A DNA stretch of 64,000 nucleotides, taken from positions 64,001 through 128,000 of the IMG/VR virus record IMGVR_UViG_3300043451_000039. One strand, written 5' to 3'. Positions within the stretch are counted from its first letter, which is position 1. The number at the start of each line of letters is the position of its first letter. Both the position numbers and the translations under genes were made by a program. The DNA is from a virus (taxonomy: Duplodnaviria; Heunggongvirae; Uroviricota; Caudoviricetes). This document shows, piece by piece, positions 22,011 to 31,416 of the stretch. Below the pieces are notes generated by a model that saw only the letters and a list, made by a program, of their open reading frames with translations, was not told the origin of the DNA and did no database searches.

Positions 22011-22448
22011 ATGTTCCATAAAAGATTGTTTAAACCCTTATATCCAGAAAAATACTCTGGGGATCCTACGAACATCATCATGCGTTCTAGTTGGGAAACA
22101 CGCTTTGCGTCATGGTGTGATAAAAACCCAAGCATTATCAAGTGGCAGTCAGAAGAAACTGTAGTTCCATATCGTTGTCCAACTGATAATAAGATACATC
22201 GTTATTTCGTAGATTTCCAGATACAAGTTTTACAAAAAGATGGTAAATTAAAGAGGTATTTGGTTGAGGTAAAACCAGCTAAACAATGCGAACCACCTGT
22301 ATATCCTGGACGTCAAACAAAGAAATACATCACGGAATCTATGACTTATATCAAGAACCAAGCCAAATGGAAGGCTGCCACTGAATATTGTAAGGACAGG
22401 GGTTGGGAATTCAAGATTATAACTGAGAAAGAACTTGGATTGGTTTGA
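22011..22448 (+). CDS. Head completion nuclease gp4
   Basis: 'YSGDPTNIIMRSSWE...WQSEE...HRYFVDF...EVKP.KQ...NQAKWKAA'. Confidence 0.92.
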   Translation: MFHKRLFKPLYPEKYSGDPTNIIMRSSWETRFASWCDKNPSIIKWQSEETVVPYRCPTDNKIHRYFVDFQIQVLQKDGKLKRYLVEVKPAKQCEPPVYPGRQTKKYITESMTYIKNQAKWKAATEYCKDRGWEFKIITEKELGLV

Positions 22449-22462
22449 CCTAAATAACCAAT

Positions 22463-23065
22463 ATGGCTAAAGAAAAAACCTTAAAAGACGTTTTCGAACA
22501 AAATAAATACGATCTTCTAACTTCGGTGAAGAGATCTAAGAGTTGGTTCGATGGGCAAGTCGCTTTATTGGCGAATAAAAACATCACACCTCAGAAAGTC
22601 TTAAAGGGTAATGTTTCTCAGCTTACAACTACTATAACTCCAGGCAAGTTATACATGTATGCGTATGATCCAAAACTAAAGGACGAACTACCATACTACG
22701 ATAGATTTCCTCTAGTATTCCCATTCAGAAAAACCCAAGATGGCTTTATCGGTTTGAATATGCACTATCTACCATATGATTTGCGTATTAAATTATTAGA
22801 TTCGCTGTTGATGTTTAAGAATAACAGTCGTTGGGATGAAACAACAAAACTCAAATACAGCTGGGCAATGATTGATGGTGTTTCTAGATATGCAGCAGCG
22901 AAACCTTGTGTAAAACAATACCTTTCCAGCCATGTTAGAAGCCAATTTAGAAATGTGGTTTCTGAAGATTGGGCTACTGCTATGTTATTGCCTGTAGAAA
23001 GATTTGTTGGCGCTTCTAAGCAACAAGTCTGGAACGAATCAAGAAAAATTATAAGAAGAGCATAA
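22463..23065 (+). CDS. DNA end protector gp2
   Basis: 'PGKLYMYAYDPKLKDELPYYDRFPLVFP...GLNMHYLP'. Confidence 0.9.
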   Translation: MAKEKTLKDVFEQNKYDLLTSVKRSKSWFDGQVALLANKNITPQKVLKGNVSQLTTTITPGKLYMYAYDPKLKDELPYYDRFPLVFPFRKTQDGFIGLNMHYLPYDLRIKLLDSLLMFKNNSRWDETTKLKYSWAMIDGVSRYAAAKPCVKQYLSSHVRSQFRNVVSEDWATAMLLPVERFVGASKQQVWNESRKIIRRA

Positions 23066-23817
23066 TGGCAAAACTAAACGAATTTGTTTCAAAAATAAAG
23101 AACGATGGATTGGCTAGAACCAACCGATATGTTGTTGGTATTTTTGCGCCTGTTAATAGTCCTATCATGAATCTCGGAGAACGAGGTTGGATGCGTGACG
23201 CTTTACTTATGTGCGATCAAGTTCAAATCCCAGGAACAAACTTTAATACTGCGGACACAAGAACTTTTGGTGAAATTAGAAAAGCGCCATATGAGCGCCT
23301 CTATGAAGATATTAATATGTCATTCTATGTTGATACTAGTATGACAGTAAAACTTATGTTTGACAACTGGATGACGTATATTCAAAATCCAGGTAGTCGT
23401 AATTTTAATTACTATGATGACTATACTGCTGACATCGTTATTGAAGTCCAGGATTTAAAGAATCAGTCTAGATATGGTATTAAACTATTTGAAGCATACC
23501 CAAAAAGCATTGGAGCAATCCAAATGGATTATGCGGGTAAAGATGTTATGAAAATGTCAGTAAACTTTGCCTACAAATATTATGCGATTGGTGCTCAAGA
23601 GGTAGTTAATACTGATGCGGCAGATGGTGGATTTTCACCATATAATTTTATGGGTGATAGCCCAAGTACATATAATCCAATATTTGGAAAACCAATTAGC
23701 GTACCACAAGTTAAGAATGACCCATTGAATAACTTCGTCAATAGATTGAAGAACTTTGCTATCGGTGCAGTTGGTGCTAAAGTAGTTTCAAAATTACCTG
23801 GAATTTTAAGGAGATAA
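23065..23817 (+). CDS. Tail tube initiator / tube-fold protein (gp54/gp19-like)
   Basis: 'GLARTNRY', 'CDQVQIPG', 'LFEAYPKSIGAIQMDY...VNFAYKY'. Confidence 0.75.
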   Translation: MAKLNEFVSKIKNDGLARTNRYVVGIFAPVNSPIMNLGERGWMRDALLMCDQVQIPGTNFNTADTRTFGEIRKAPYERLYEDINMSFYVDTSMTVKLMFDNWMTYIQNPGSRNFNYYDDYTADIVIEVQDLKNQSRYGIKLFEAYPKSIGAIQMDYAGKDVMKMSVNFAYKYYAIGAQEVVNTDAADGGFSPYNFMGDSPSTYNPIFGKPISVPQVKNDPLNNFVNRLKNFAIGAVGAKVVSKLPGILRR

Positions 23818-23819
23818 AA

Positions 23820-24284
23820 ATGGCAGATGAAGTAAAAGAAGTTAAAAAAGATGAAGACTGGATGCAAAAGAAATGGCGTCCAGCTATGGGTTGGATGTAC
23901 ATGGGTATTTGTACACTTGATATGGGTATCTTCCCAATTCTATGGTCAATTCTCCAAGCATCATTAGGGCAACCAGTTACTCAGTGGCAACCTCTAACAC
24001 TACAAGGCGCAGGTTTGTTCCACGTAGCAATGGGTGCCGTTCTTGGTATTGCCGCATTTGGTAGAACTCAAGAGAAACTAGCAGGAGCATCATCTAATGC
24101 ACAACCAGCAGCTTTGCCAGCAACATCTAGCGTACCTGCGCCAGCAGGATTCCCAGCACCAACATTTGGTACCGCAGCCCAAACACCAATGGTTAAACCA
24201 ACACCAATGGCAGCAGCATCATTCGGTGGTGGCTTCGGCTTAGATCCTTCTGATCCACAAACAAGAAATACTCGTAACGACTAA
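23820..24284 (+). CDS. Holin, 3TM (GTA-type)
   Basis: 'WMQKKWRPAMGWMY', hydrophobic segments, 'AVLGIAAFGRTQEK'. Confidence 0.72.
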   Translation: MADEVKEVKKDEDWMQKKWRPAMGWMYMGICTLDMGIFPILWSILQASLGQPVTQWQPLTLQGAGLFHVAMGAVLGIAAFGRTQEKLAGASSNAQPAALPATSSVPAPAGFPAPTFGTAAQTPMVKPTPMAAASFGGGFGLDPSDPQTRNTRND

Positions 24285-24289
24285 TAAAT

Positions 24290-24712
24290 ATGAAAATTGA
24301 TGATTCTTTATCAGAGGTGTTTGGGGTTATGCCTCAAACATCTCAGCCTATAACTGAAGTGATTGATAATACTACTGGTGAAATTATAACAACGCCAGAA
24401 GGTAAAATTGAAAACGATTATGATCACGCAAGGGATAACCTACGTGAACTTTTGGTCACTGGTCAGAATGCGTTAAACCACGCATTAGAAGTAGCAAAAC
24501 AATCTGAACACCCACGTGCTTTTGAAGTTGTGGGTAATCTTATGAAACAACTTGCTGATGTAAACCAACAATTAATGGATATACACCAGCAGAAACAGAA
24601 ACTTGACGGCACGTCTGGTAAAGGTGATAAAGTTACAAATAATAATGCTATCTTTGTAGGTAGCACAGCTGAATTGAGTAAAATGATTAAGAATATGTCT
24701 AAAGGAGAATAA
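24290..24712 (+). CDS. Terminase small subunit gp16-like
   Basis: 'DYDHARDNL.ELL...EHPRAFEVVGNLMK...NNNAIFVGST.EL.K'. Confidence 0.8.
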   Translation: MKIDDSLSEVFGVMPQTSQPITEVIDNTTGEIITTPEGKIENDYDHARDNLRELLVTGQNALNHALEVAKQSEHPRAFEVVGNLMKQLADVNQQLMDIHQQKQKLDGTSGKGDKVTNNNAIFVGSTAELSKMIKNMSKGE

Positions 24713-24715
24713 ATT

Positions 24716-25438
24716 ATGGCATTACCAGTATTAAGTACCCCTACGTATAACCTAGTTATACCATCATCACAAAAGAGTGTTAAGTATCGCCCATTCTTAG
24801 TTAAAGAAGAAAAGGCAATTTTGATTGCCCAACAAAGCGAAGATCTTACTGTTATGGTTGACACTTTGAAGGATGTTATCAGTTCTTGTATTATTGATAA
24901 AGTTGATCCTGATTCTCTTGCCACATTTGACCTTGAATATATCTTTACTCAGATTAGAGCAAAGTCAGTTGGTGAGATTATTGAATTATTATTCCCATGC
25001 GATAATGACCATGGTGAACAGAATGACAAAGCAAAGGTTAAGATTTCAATTGACTTAACTAAACTAAAAGTAGATATCCCAGAAGGGCACACAAATAAGA
25101 TTGATTTATTTGGTGATGTTGGTGTTATTATGAAATACCCAACTATTGAGATTATGTCTAAATTAGAGAAGACTGATGTAGATGATTTAGATAACATCTT
25201 TGATATTATCGCTGAGTGTATTGATATTATCTATGAAGGCGATAAACTACATTATGCCAAAGAACAAAAGAAAGAAGAATTGGTTCAGTTTTTAGATAAT
25301 TTAAATTCTAGCCAATTTGTTAAAATCCAGCAGTTTTTCGCAAGCATGCCACGCATAACAAAAGACGTTGAGTATGATTGCCCAATTTGTGGCTTACACC
25401 ATAAGAAGACTTTGGAGGGAATGCAAAGTTTTTTTTAA
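24716..25438 (+). CDS. Baseplate hub assembly protein gp26
   Basis: 'LPVLSTPTYNL.IPS...YRPFLVKEEK.ILIA', 'FDLEYIF.QIRAKSVGE', ends GMQSFF*. Confidence 0.9.
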   Translation: MALPVLSTPTYNLVIPSSQKSVKYRPFLVKEEKAILIAQQSEDLTVMVDTLKDVISSCIIDKVDPDSLATFDLEYIFTQIRAKSVGEIIELLFPCDNDHGEQNDKAKVKISIDLTKLKVDIPEGHTNKIDLFGDVGVIMKYPTIEIMSKLEKTDVDDLDNIFDIIAECIDIIYEGDKLHYAKEQKKEELVQFLDNLNSSQFVKIQQFFASMPRITKDVEYDCPICGLHHKKTLEGMQSFF

Positions 25439-25623
25439 TCAATCTCTGCCATGAAAGTTTGGCGAATTACTATAAAATGAACTTCGCCTTAATGCAGTAC
25501 CACAAATACTCTCTAGCAGAGATTGAAAATATGATACCCTTTGAGAGAGAAGTTTACGTTGCTATGTTGATACAATATCTAGAAGAAGAAAAACAAAGAA
25601 TAGAATCTAACAAGAGATCGTAA
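25429..25623 (+). CDS. Baseplate hub assembly catalyst gp51 (open -1 frame from 25429; first ATG at 25477)
   Basis: Not in ORF track; I read FFLINLCHESLANYYKMNFALMQYHKYSLAEIENMIPFEREVYVAMLIQYLEEEKQRIESNKRS*. Confidence 0.85.
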   Translation, partial: FFLINLCHESLANYYKMNFALMQYHKYSLAEIENMIPFEREVYVAMLIQYLEEEKQRIESNKRS

Positions 25624-25624
25624 A

Positions 25625-27313
25625 ATGCCAAAACGAACAAGTAACAGCTCAGTCAACTCTAGCATTAGACAACAGACTAAATCCCAAGATGAAGGTTTTA
25701 GTCAGTTGCTAGTTGCTCAACAACAGGCAGTTGAGCAACTCGGTTCCATTCGTCAATTAATGGAATTGTCTAAAGAAAAAGAACGCCAAGAGAGAACAGC
25801 TGTTTCTGGTGAGTCATCTAGCAAAGCACAAAGTGAAATTGTTGAAACATTAAAACAACAGTTACGTGGTAGCAGAAGATATTGGAAATTACAAGAAGAC
25901 TTCCAAAAAGAATGGGACAAAGAAGCCAAAGATATTGCTGAGATGGCAAAGGGCATGAAAACCTTTAAAACCATGGGCGAAAAATGGGCTGATAAGAAAG
26001 AAGGTCTCAAGGAAAAGTTTGGAGTAGCAAATGGTGGTCTTAAGAAGACTGTTCTTGGTGCCCTTAATGTTGGTGGTATCTTTAATAAAACTCTTGAGAA
26101 AGATAAGTTTATTGCTCAACAGAAAGCGCTTGGCGCTGCGCCTATGGCTGGTGAGTCTGGTAAAGATTTTAAGAAACGTCTAAGCGCTGATTTTGAAGGT
26201 GCTCAAAAAGCAGCAAAAGAAACAAAGAAAACAGAAGCTGCTATTGCTAAGCATAAAGAAGTTGCTGGTATAGATGATGAAGAACATCTAAAACGAGTAA
26301 GTCCTGAATTTGCTAAACTAGTAGAGAAGCGACAATCAAACTCTGACGAATACGCAAAATATCAACGTGCTACTGATACTAAGAGTCCTACTCCAGTGAC
26401 TCGTTTAGATTCTGCCAAAGGTATGAATATGTTTGGTGGTAAAACACCAGCACCAGAAGCATCGTCAACTGAAACTGCTGCTGAACATGCTCAGGATGCT
26501 GAAGTGGCATCTGAATCAAAGAAGGTAAGCGAAGAAAGCAACCACCTACTTAAGATTATTGCTGACAATACTGGTGGGGCAAACAAAGCAAAGGATGCTA
26601 AACCAAAAGAAGAAAAGAAACCAGAAGGTGGTGGTCTATTAGATTCTATCTTTAGTATGCTCACTTCTGGTTTAATGAACGCATTTAAAGCACTACTAAA
26701 TCCAGGAGCAATCCTAAAAGCACTTGGTCGAGTATTTGCTATTGGTATGATTGTTGGCGCTTTGTTTGAAGGTATTATGGACGGCTTCGATGAATTTATG
26801 AAGACAGGTGATATTGGTAAAGCACTTATCGCTGGTCTTGCTGGTATTATAGACTTCTTAACATTCGGTTTATTTGACAAAGAAAAGATTAAAGAAGTTA
26901 TTGGCGACTTCAGTAAATGGATCGGTGATCATTTAATTAAACCATTCACTGATTTTATTGGTGGTATTAAGGATAGTTTCTTGTCATTGATTGAGAATAT
27001 TGGTTTACCAAAGATGGGATTCACTATCCCAGTAATCAATAAAGAAGTTTCTATTGGTCCATTCTATCCATTCAAGAAAGATGCTAAGTCTCAGGCAGCA
27101 CCTGAACCTGCGGCACAACCTCAAAGTGGTAATGTTGTTGATCAAAAATCAGCAAACAATGAAGGCGCTAAACAAGAGAAACCAGTTGAGAATAAAACTG
27201 CTGTTGTTAATGCCCCTGTTACGACTAATAATTCAACTACTCAAATTATTAAGTCTCCGATTCGAAATCAAGAATCTTCTTCAAATAGGTATCTCAATAG
27301 TAGATACGCATAA
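25625..27313 (+). CDS. Tape measure / hub protein gp29-like
   Basis: 562 aa, mostly helical and charged, with a hydrophobic glycine-rich stretch; follows gp26-gp51. Confidence 0.6.
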   Translation: MPKRTSNSSVNSSIRQQTKSQDEGFSQLLVAQQQAVEQLGSIRQLMELSKEKERQERTAVSGESSSKAQSEIVETLKQQLRGSRRYWKLQEDFQKEWDKEAKDIAEMAKGMKTFKTMGEKWADKKEGLKEKFGVANGGLKKTVLGALNVGGIFNKTLEKDKFIAQQKALGAAPMAGESGKDFKKRLSADFEGAQKAAKETKKTEAAIAKHKEVAGIDDEEHLKRVSPEFAKLVEKRQSNSDEYAKYQRATDTKSPTPVTRLDSAKGMNMFGGKTPAPEASSTETAAEHAQDAEVASESKKVSEESNHLLKIIADNTGGANKAKDAKPKEEKKPEGGGLLDSIFSMLTSGLMNAFKALLNPGAILKALGRVFAIGMIVGALFEGIMDGFDEFMKTGDIGKALIAGLAGIIDFLTFGLFDKEKIKEVIGDFSKWIGDHLIKPFTDFIGGIKDSFLSLIENIGLPKMGFTIPVINKEVSIGPFYPFKKDAKSQAAPEPAAQPQSGNVVDQKSANNEGAKQEKPVENKTAVVNAPVTTNNSTTQIIKSPIRNQESSSNRYLNSRYA

Positions 27314-27314
27314 A

Positions 27315-27337
27315 AAAGGGAGCGCAAGGCTCCCTTT
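27315..27337. terminator. Bidirectional intrinsic terminator between convergent gp29 and gp32
   Basis: AAAGGGAGC-GCAAG-GCTCCCTTT 9-bp hairpin flanked by A and T runs. Confidence 0.85.
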
Positions 27338-27356
27338 AAACATTTACAGTTTTAGA

Positions 27357-28268
27357 TTACTCTTCTTGAGCGATCTTCTGGAAATAAGACATTACATCTT
27401 CATCGTCGTCATTGTCAATAGACTTGCTAGTTGGCGCTGGCTTAGATGCGATCTTTGGCGCAGAAGCAACTGGCATATCTTCTTCAGACATTTGAGCAGC
27501 TGACTTAGGTGCATATGAATCACCAGAAAGAACTTGATCAAGTTTCTTCTTCAACTCATCGTAAGACTTAAAGTTTTTACGATCGACAAACTCAGACAAC
27601 TTGTGTTGAGCATTAACAATCTTTACCAACTCTTCATCTTCAGCTGCAGCTGGGCATGGGTCAGAGAATACTGACTCATCGTAATTGGCGTAACCATCTT
27701 TCTTGCGCATACGCAATTTGAAGTTAGCACCTTCCCAAAGGTCAAATACGTTCACTGGTGTTTCATCTTCGAAAGTTGGACGTGCTTTGTCCATAATCTT
27801 ATCAAAGATTTTCTTGCCGAACTTGAACAATTTAACTTGTCCTTCATTCTCAGGGTGCTTTGGATCAGACACAATGAGTACGTTGGCAATGAAACTCAAC
27901 TTACGTTTTTGTTTGCGGGCAATCTCTTTGTTTGCTTCAGAACCTGAGTTCCAAAGTTGGGTGTTCAATTCACCGACTGGATCATTTTCACCAAGAGTTG
28001 TTAAGGAGTTTTCGATATACCACTTGCCAGTTGGACCCTGGAAGCCATGACTGAAGATACGAACCCATGGGAGTTCATCGCCTTCAACACGTGGGAGGAA
28101 TCGAATAGTAGCTGTTCCGTTACCAGCCTTGTCGCCCTCAAGACGCCAGAATCGGTCATCATCATATGACTTCTTCTCGCCTGACTGGGGATTAGAGATT
28201 TTATCAAATTCTCCAGCGATTTTGCTGAAGTCTTGATTGCGCATTTTACGGAGTGTTTGAATATCCAT
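27357..28268 (-). CDS. ssDNA-binding protein gp32
   Basis: 'DDDRFWR...GNGTATIRFLP...PWV.IFSHGFQGPTGKWYIENSLTT', acidic C-tail. Confidence 0.95.
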   Translation of the reverse strand: MDIQTLRKMRNQDFSKIAGEFDKISNPQSGEKKSYDDDRFWRLEGDKAGNGTATIRFLPRVEGDELPWVRIFSHGFQGPTGKWYIENSLTTLGENDPVGELNTQLWNSGSEANKEIARKQKRKLSFIANVLIVSDPKHPENEGQVKLFKFGKKIFDKIMDKARPTFEDETPVNVFDLWEGANFKLRMRKKDGYANYDESVFSDPCPAAAEDEELVKIVNAQHKLSEFVDRKNFKSYDELKKKLDQVLSGDSYAPKSAAQMSEEDMPVASAPKIASKPAPTSKSIDNDDDEDVMSYFQKIAQEE

Positions 28269-28294
28269 CGTATTTTCCTTTGTATAAAAATATA

Positions 28295-28528
28295 TTACTT
28301 TGTATTAGTATTATGTTGTATTGAAACTTCATCATATAAATCAACCTCGTCATCGAACGAATCATCGTTCAAATCAAAGTCATCATAATCTTCATCAACA
28401 TAACTATTTAGCGTTTTCATACCACCAGTTTTTTTGCCATTGGCATGTTTACTGTGTTTTCCAGCACGCCCACTAGAAACCTCGTCATCAAATCGTTTAC
28501 CACCCGATTTGTTATATGTGCGACCCAT
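28295..28528 (-). CDS. Hypothetical protein (basic N-terminus, acidic C-terminus)
   Basis: ORF track; operonic position between gp59 and gp32. Confidence 0.6.
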   Translation of the reverse strand: MGRTYNKSGGKRFDDEVSSGRAGKHSKHANGKKTGGMKTLNSYVDEDYDDFDLNDDSFDDEVDLYDEVSIQHNTNTK

Positions 28529-28529
28529 T

Positions 28530-29138
28530 TTAATCTAACTCTTCTACAAAATGTTTAAAGATCTGTCCAAGTTTAATTTTATCGTATTTAACGAATCCAG
28601 TCAACTTTTTTATTCGCAATAATTCATTATTCCAAATGTGTTGGACAGTTGGGTTATCAAGCCAATGTTCAACTATGTGATCAATATCATTTACAATCAC
28701 AAGAGTTTCGATTGAGATTTTACCCCCAAGAAACAACTTCAAAGCAGCAGGGTATTCATTGAAATTGAAATCAAAGATACTAGAAGTTGGTAATTTATTT
28801 ATCTCAACATGAGTTAGTAATGTTGCTAAATCATCAATAAAAATCTTTGTGATACTTTGTTTTCTTCGGTTCCATTCAAGCAAATTAGAATCGGCTTCTT
28901 GACCTTCATAAATTGCTGCTTCGTTACCATACGCAAAGTTTGCCACAAAGAACTGGATAATATCTCTATCCGTGTTATACTTGCGAGCAAGTTTCTCAAA
29001 AATGTATCTATCATTCCTAGCATTAAACGCTTCACGTGAACCTCTAACATTTCCTCGGTTTTCGAAGACGTTAAATTTTTCAGTTGTGAAATGTAATTTT
29101 AATGCGAGGTAATAGCGATATGCCTTAAATCCGTCCAC
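28530..29138 (-). CDS. Helicase loader gp59
   Basis: 'DGFKAYRYYLALKLHFT...RNDRYIFEKLARK'. Confidence 0.85.
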   Translation of the reverse strand: MDGFKAYRYYLALKLHFTTEKFNVFENRGNVRGSREAFNARNDRYIFEKLARKYNTDRDIIQFFVANFAYGNEAAIYEGQEADSNLLEWNRRKQSITKIFIDDLATLLTHVEINKLPTSSIFDFNFNEYPAALKLFLGGKISIETLVIVNDIDHIVEHWLDNPTVQHIWNNELLRIKKLTGFVKYDKIKLGQIFKHFVEELD

Positions 29139-29319
29139 TTCTTGCTTTCCTACAGGCTTCTCTCATCTCAGTCGTAAAGTCTGGTGAAATTTCTGCGAGA
29201 GAACAATCAATTACCACAACCCCATGTCGTGGTTGACTCATGAGAAAATAGATCCCTGCTGATGCCCAAATGATGGCAAAAATACCAACAGCGATTTGTG
29301 ATTTATACTTATTAAACAT
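29125..29319 (-). CDS. Small membrane-anchored hypothetical protein
   Basis: N-terminal transmembrane segment; 'DC...C' pair. Confidence 0.55.
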   Translation of the reverse strand: MFNKYKSQIAVGIFAIIWASAGIYFLMSQPRHGVVVIDCSLAEISPDFTTEMREACRKARSGRI

Positions 29320-29527
29320 CTAATTTGGCTCGTTTGGGTAAATAGTTCTCATCTTGAAAATTTACTTCAAGTTTATCCTTGAGAGACTTATTAACTAATT
29401 TTGCGATATCCTCTGGCTCAATAAAATTTTCTTTACAATATTGAAGAACTGCGTCCATATAGGTTATCTTTTTATCTCGAACAATCTGCTCAATATGCAT
29501 TGAGAAGTCATTTGATGATTTAAACAT
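29312..29527 (-). CDS. Late transcription coactivator gp33
   Basis: 'FSMHIEQIVRDKKITYMDAVLQYC..NFIEPEDIAKLVNKSLKDKL'; probable ATG at 29527. Confidence 0.85.
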   Translation of the reverse strand: MFKSSNDFSMHIEQIVRDKKITYMDAVLQYCKENFIEPEDIAKLVNKSLKDKLEVNFQDENYLPKRAKLDV

Positions 29528-29732
29528 TTTTCTTGATCCAATATTCACAGTTACGAATTTCCTGACATAATTTACTATAACGCTCTGATTCCTTTTTGTA
29601 GAGTTTCCAAATTGGCGTATTCGGTTTATCAGGATCCATTTGTTTTTCAAACTTATCTAGATACATCGTAAAAAATTTATCTAGTTTCATTTTTTCAATA
29701 GAGAGTTGTTGGTGTTTTGCTTTGTAATCCAT
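29520..29732 (-). CDS. Hypothetical protein
   Basis: First gene after the sigma70 promoter at 29739-29767. Confidence 0.6.
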   Translation of the reverse strand: MDYKAKHQQLSIEKMKLDKFFTMYLDKFEKQMDPDKPNTPIWKLYKKESERYSKLCQEIRNCEYWIKKNV

Positions 29733-29738
29733 AATATA

Positions 29739-29767
29739 ATTATACCCTGTTTCAGTTTAAAAGTCAA
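29739..29767 (-). promoter_or_regulatory. Sigma70-type early promoter
   Basis: TTGACT-N17-TATAAT. Confidence 0.85.
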
Positions 29768-29768
29768 A

Positions 29769-30005
29769 TCATTTAGAACGAATGTGATTGAGAATTTCTT
29801 TTGCGTCACGATATCCTGAGGCTTCTACCGCTTCTTCAAAATAATCGTTTGCAATTTCCATCATCGCTTCTTTATTTTTTTGAAGATATGCAAGACCTTG
29901 CGGAGTTAGTTCAGCAAATTCCTGATCAACTGAACCATCAGCATAAACATGTTCCCAATTACCATCTGGTCTGAGACGAATCTTCATTAGAACCTTCTTG
30001 TTCAT
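29769..30005 (-). CDS. Hypothetical protein
   Basis: ORF track; coupled to upstream ORF. Confidence 0.55.
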   Translation of the reverse strand: MNKKVLMKIRLRPDGNWEHVYADGSVDQEFAELTPQGLAYLQKNKEAMMEIANDYFEEAVEASGYRDAKEILNHIRSK

Positions 30006-30355
30006 TAACTTCTCCTCATGGTTGCAATATCTTTTGCTTCATCATCAGAGAATATTGGCACCGCATTCGACTTATGCATTGTGCCAATACCCTTGACTTT
30101 GGTACCAGTGTAAACTGGGTTATCTTTTTTGGTGCATGGACCAGCTGTGAAAGGAAGACTCGGAATCTTAGGTGTCTCACGACAAGCAGGTTTTCCAAGC
30201 GAGTATACATCACTGAGTTGTTGTGGTTTTTGTTTCACAACAGTCTTTGTGGCATACTTCTTTAAGAGAAGTTCCCAAGATTTATCCAACTCCCGTTGTT
30301 TAGCCGTAGGCTTGCGTTTCTTGGACTTCCCGAGTGAGGTAAAAATCATTTGCAT
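30005..30355 (-). CDS. Conserved hypothetical phage protein
   Basis: C-terminal 'YTGTKVKGIGTMHKSNAVPIF' motif. Confidence 0.65.
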   Translation of the reverse strand: MQMIFTSLGKSKKRKPTAKQRELDKSWELLLKKYATKTVVKQKPQQLSDVYSLGKPACRETPKIPSLPFTAGPCTKKDNPVYTGTKVKGIGTMHKSNAVPIFSDDEAKDIATMRRS

Positions 30356-30388
30356 AATATAGTCATCAAATCGTTGTTCACAGTATAT

Positions 30389-30454
30389 ATTATACTCTAG
30401 ATCGAAATGAAAGTAAAGGGATATTTTGTAATCCCCTCAAGTTTTTAGGGTTAT
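30389..30454 (-). promoter_or_regulatory. Early promoter with upstream palindromic element
   Basis: TTTACT(30417-30412)-N17-TATAAT(30394-30389), preceded by a block near-identical to 51931-51974. Confidence 0.8.
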
Positions 30455-30660
30455 TTTGACTTCGTAGCGTAGATTGCACACATGGTAGAATCAGCCTTAT
30501 AAGCGCATCGGACTGCAACAGGGTCAATTCCCTTTACAATTGCAGACTCGATATTCCTCTCCATTGATTTTAGAGCCGAATAATCATTAAAACCAATTGT
30601 TCCAATCAAAGTAACAGTTGCAAGTAGAACTGATATAATAAACACTTTATCATTAGTCAT
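30451..30660 (-). CDS. Small membrane-anchored hypothetical protein
   Basis: N-terminal transmembrane segment; probable start MTNDKV. Confidence 0.55.
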   Translation of the reverse strand: MTNDKVFIISVLLATVTLIGTIGFNDYSALKSMERNIESAIVKGIDPVAVRCAYKADSTMCAIYATKSK

Positions 30661-30689
30661 TTGTAATTCCTTCAATTGTTTTATAGTTT

Positions 30690-30893
30690 CTACCATGTTC
30701 CATCATCCAAAACTGCTCGAACAGATAATGGACCAACTGAGATAAAAACCGAATGCATCTTTGGATCCATTTCATCTGGATTATGTAGATCAAAAGAAAA
30801 TCTCCAGTGATAAGGGTTTGCTGCAAAATTTACCCAAACACCAGAGTATTTACAATAATTAAGAAAGTTCTTTAACATCATCGCACATCCCAA
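30690..30893 (-). CDS. Hypothetical protein
   Basis: ORF track; ends in TAG. Confidence 0.5.
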   Translation of the reverse strand: MGCAMMLKNFLNYCKYSGVWVNFAANPYHWRFSFDLHNPDEMDPKMHSVFISVGPLSVRAVLDDGTW

Positions 30894-31416
30894 GTTTCTT
30901 TGCCTCGTTTGCGCTTAACCAAATATCTTGAGGTGGCAAAAGAACCTCTCGAATTTTTGCTTCAGAAAGACCAGTACATTTTTTATAATGTTGAATCATT
31001 TTCTTTGTGGTTAAGTCGAACTCTTTAACTGTTGCGAAAAGTTCATGTTCTTTACCAAATGCACCCCATGAGTATTGATGACTCAGAATAGAAGTATTTG
31101 GTGTAAGGATACGATGCCCTTTAGCGCCAGCAATAAAAATCATAAGACCAGCAGAAGCGACCTGACCAAGACCAATTGTTCGAATTGGAATAGCAGAACC
31201 CTTCATTGTGTCAATCAAAGCAAAAGCAGCGTTTAAATCACCACCTGGAGAAGTGATCAATAGATTAAGTAATTCTGGACGCTCTTCGGCAAAGTTTGCT
31301 TCAAAAATCCATTCAACAGCAGTTTTTACGCTAGTTAGGGTAATCTCTTCCATCAGAAGAAGAAAAGAGTGTTTTGACTGTTCTTCCTTGAGTTGCAGAT
31401 TCATTTTTGTCATCAT
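30859..31416 (-). CDS. clpP: ClpP-family serine protease subunit
   Basis: 'ITSPGG', 'GQVASAG' (Ser), 'ILSHQ' (His), 'QDIWLSANEAKKLG' (Asp). Confidence 0.88.
   Translation of the reverse strand: MMTKMNLQLKEEQSKHSFLLLMEEITLTSVKTAVEWIFEANFAEERPELLNLLITSPGGDLNAAFALIDTMKGSAIPIRTIGLGQVASAGLMIFIAGAKGHRILTPNTSILSHQYSWGAFGKEHELFATVKEFDLTTKKMIQHYKKCTGLSEAKIREVLLPPQDIWLSANEAKKLGMCDDVKELS

Noticed and set aside
988-24924. Many antisense or alternate-frame ORFs in the track (e.g. 988-1398, 8283-8612, 21443-21724, 24463-24924)
   Set aside because: They lie wholly within well-supported genes, lack SD or motifs, and are the expected shadows of biased codon usage
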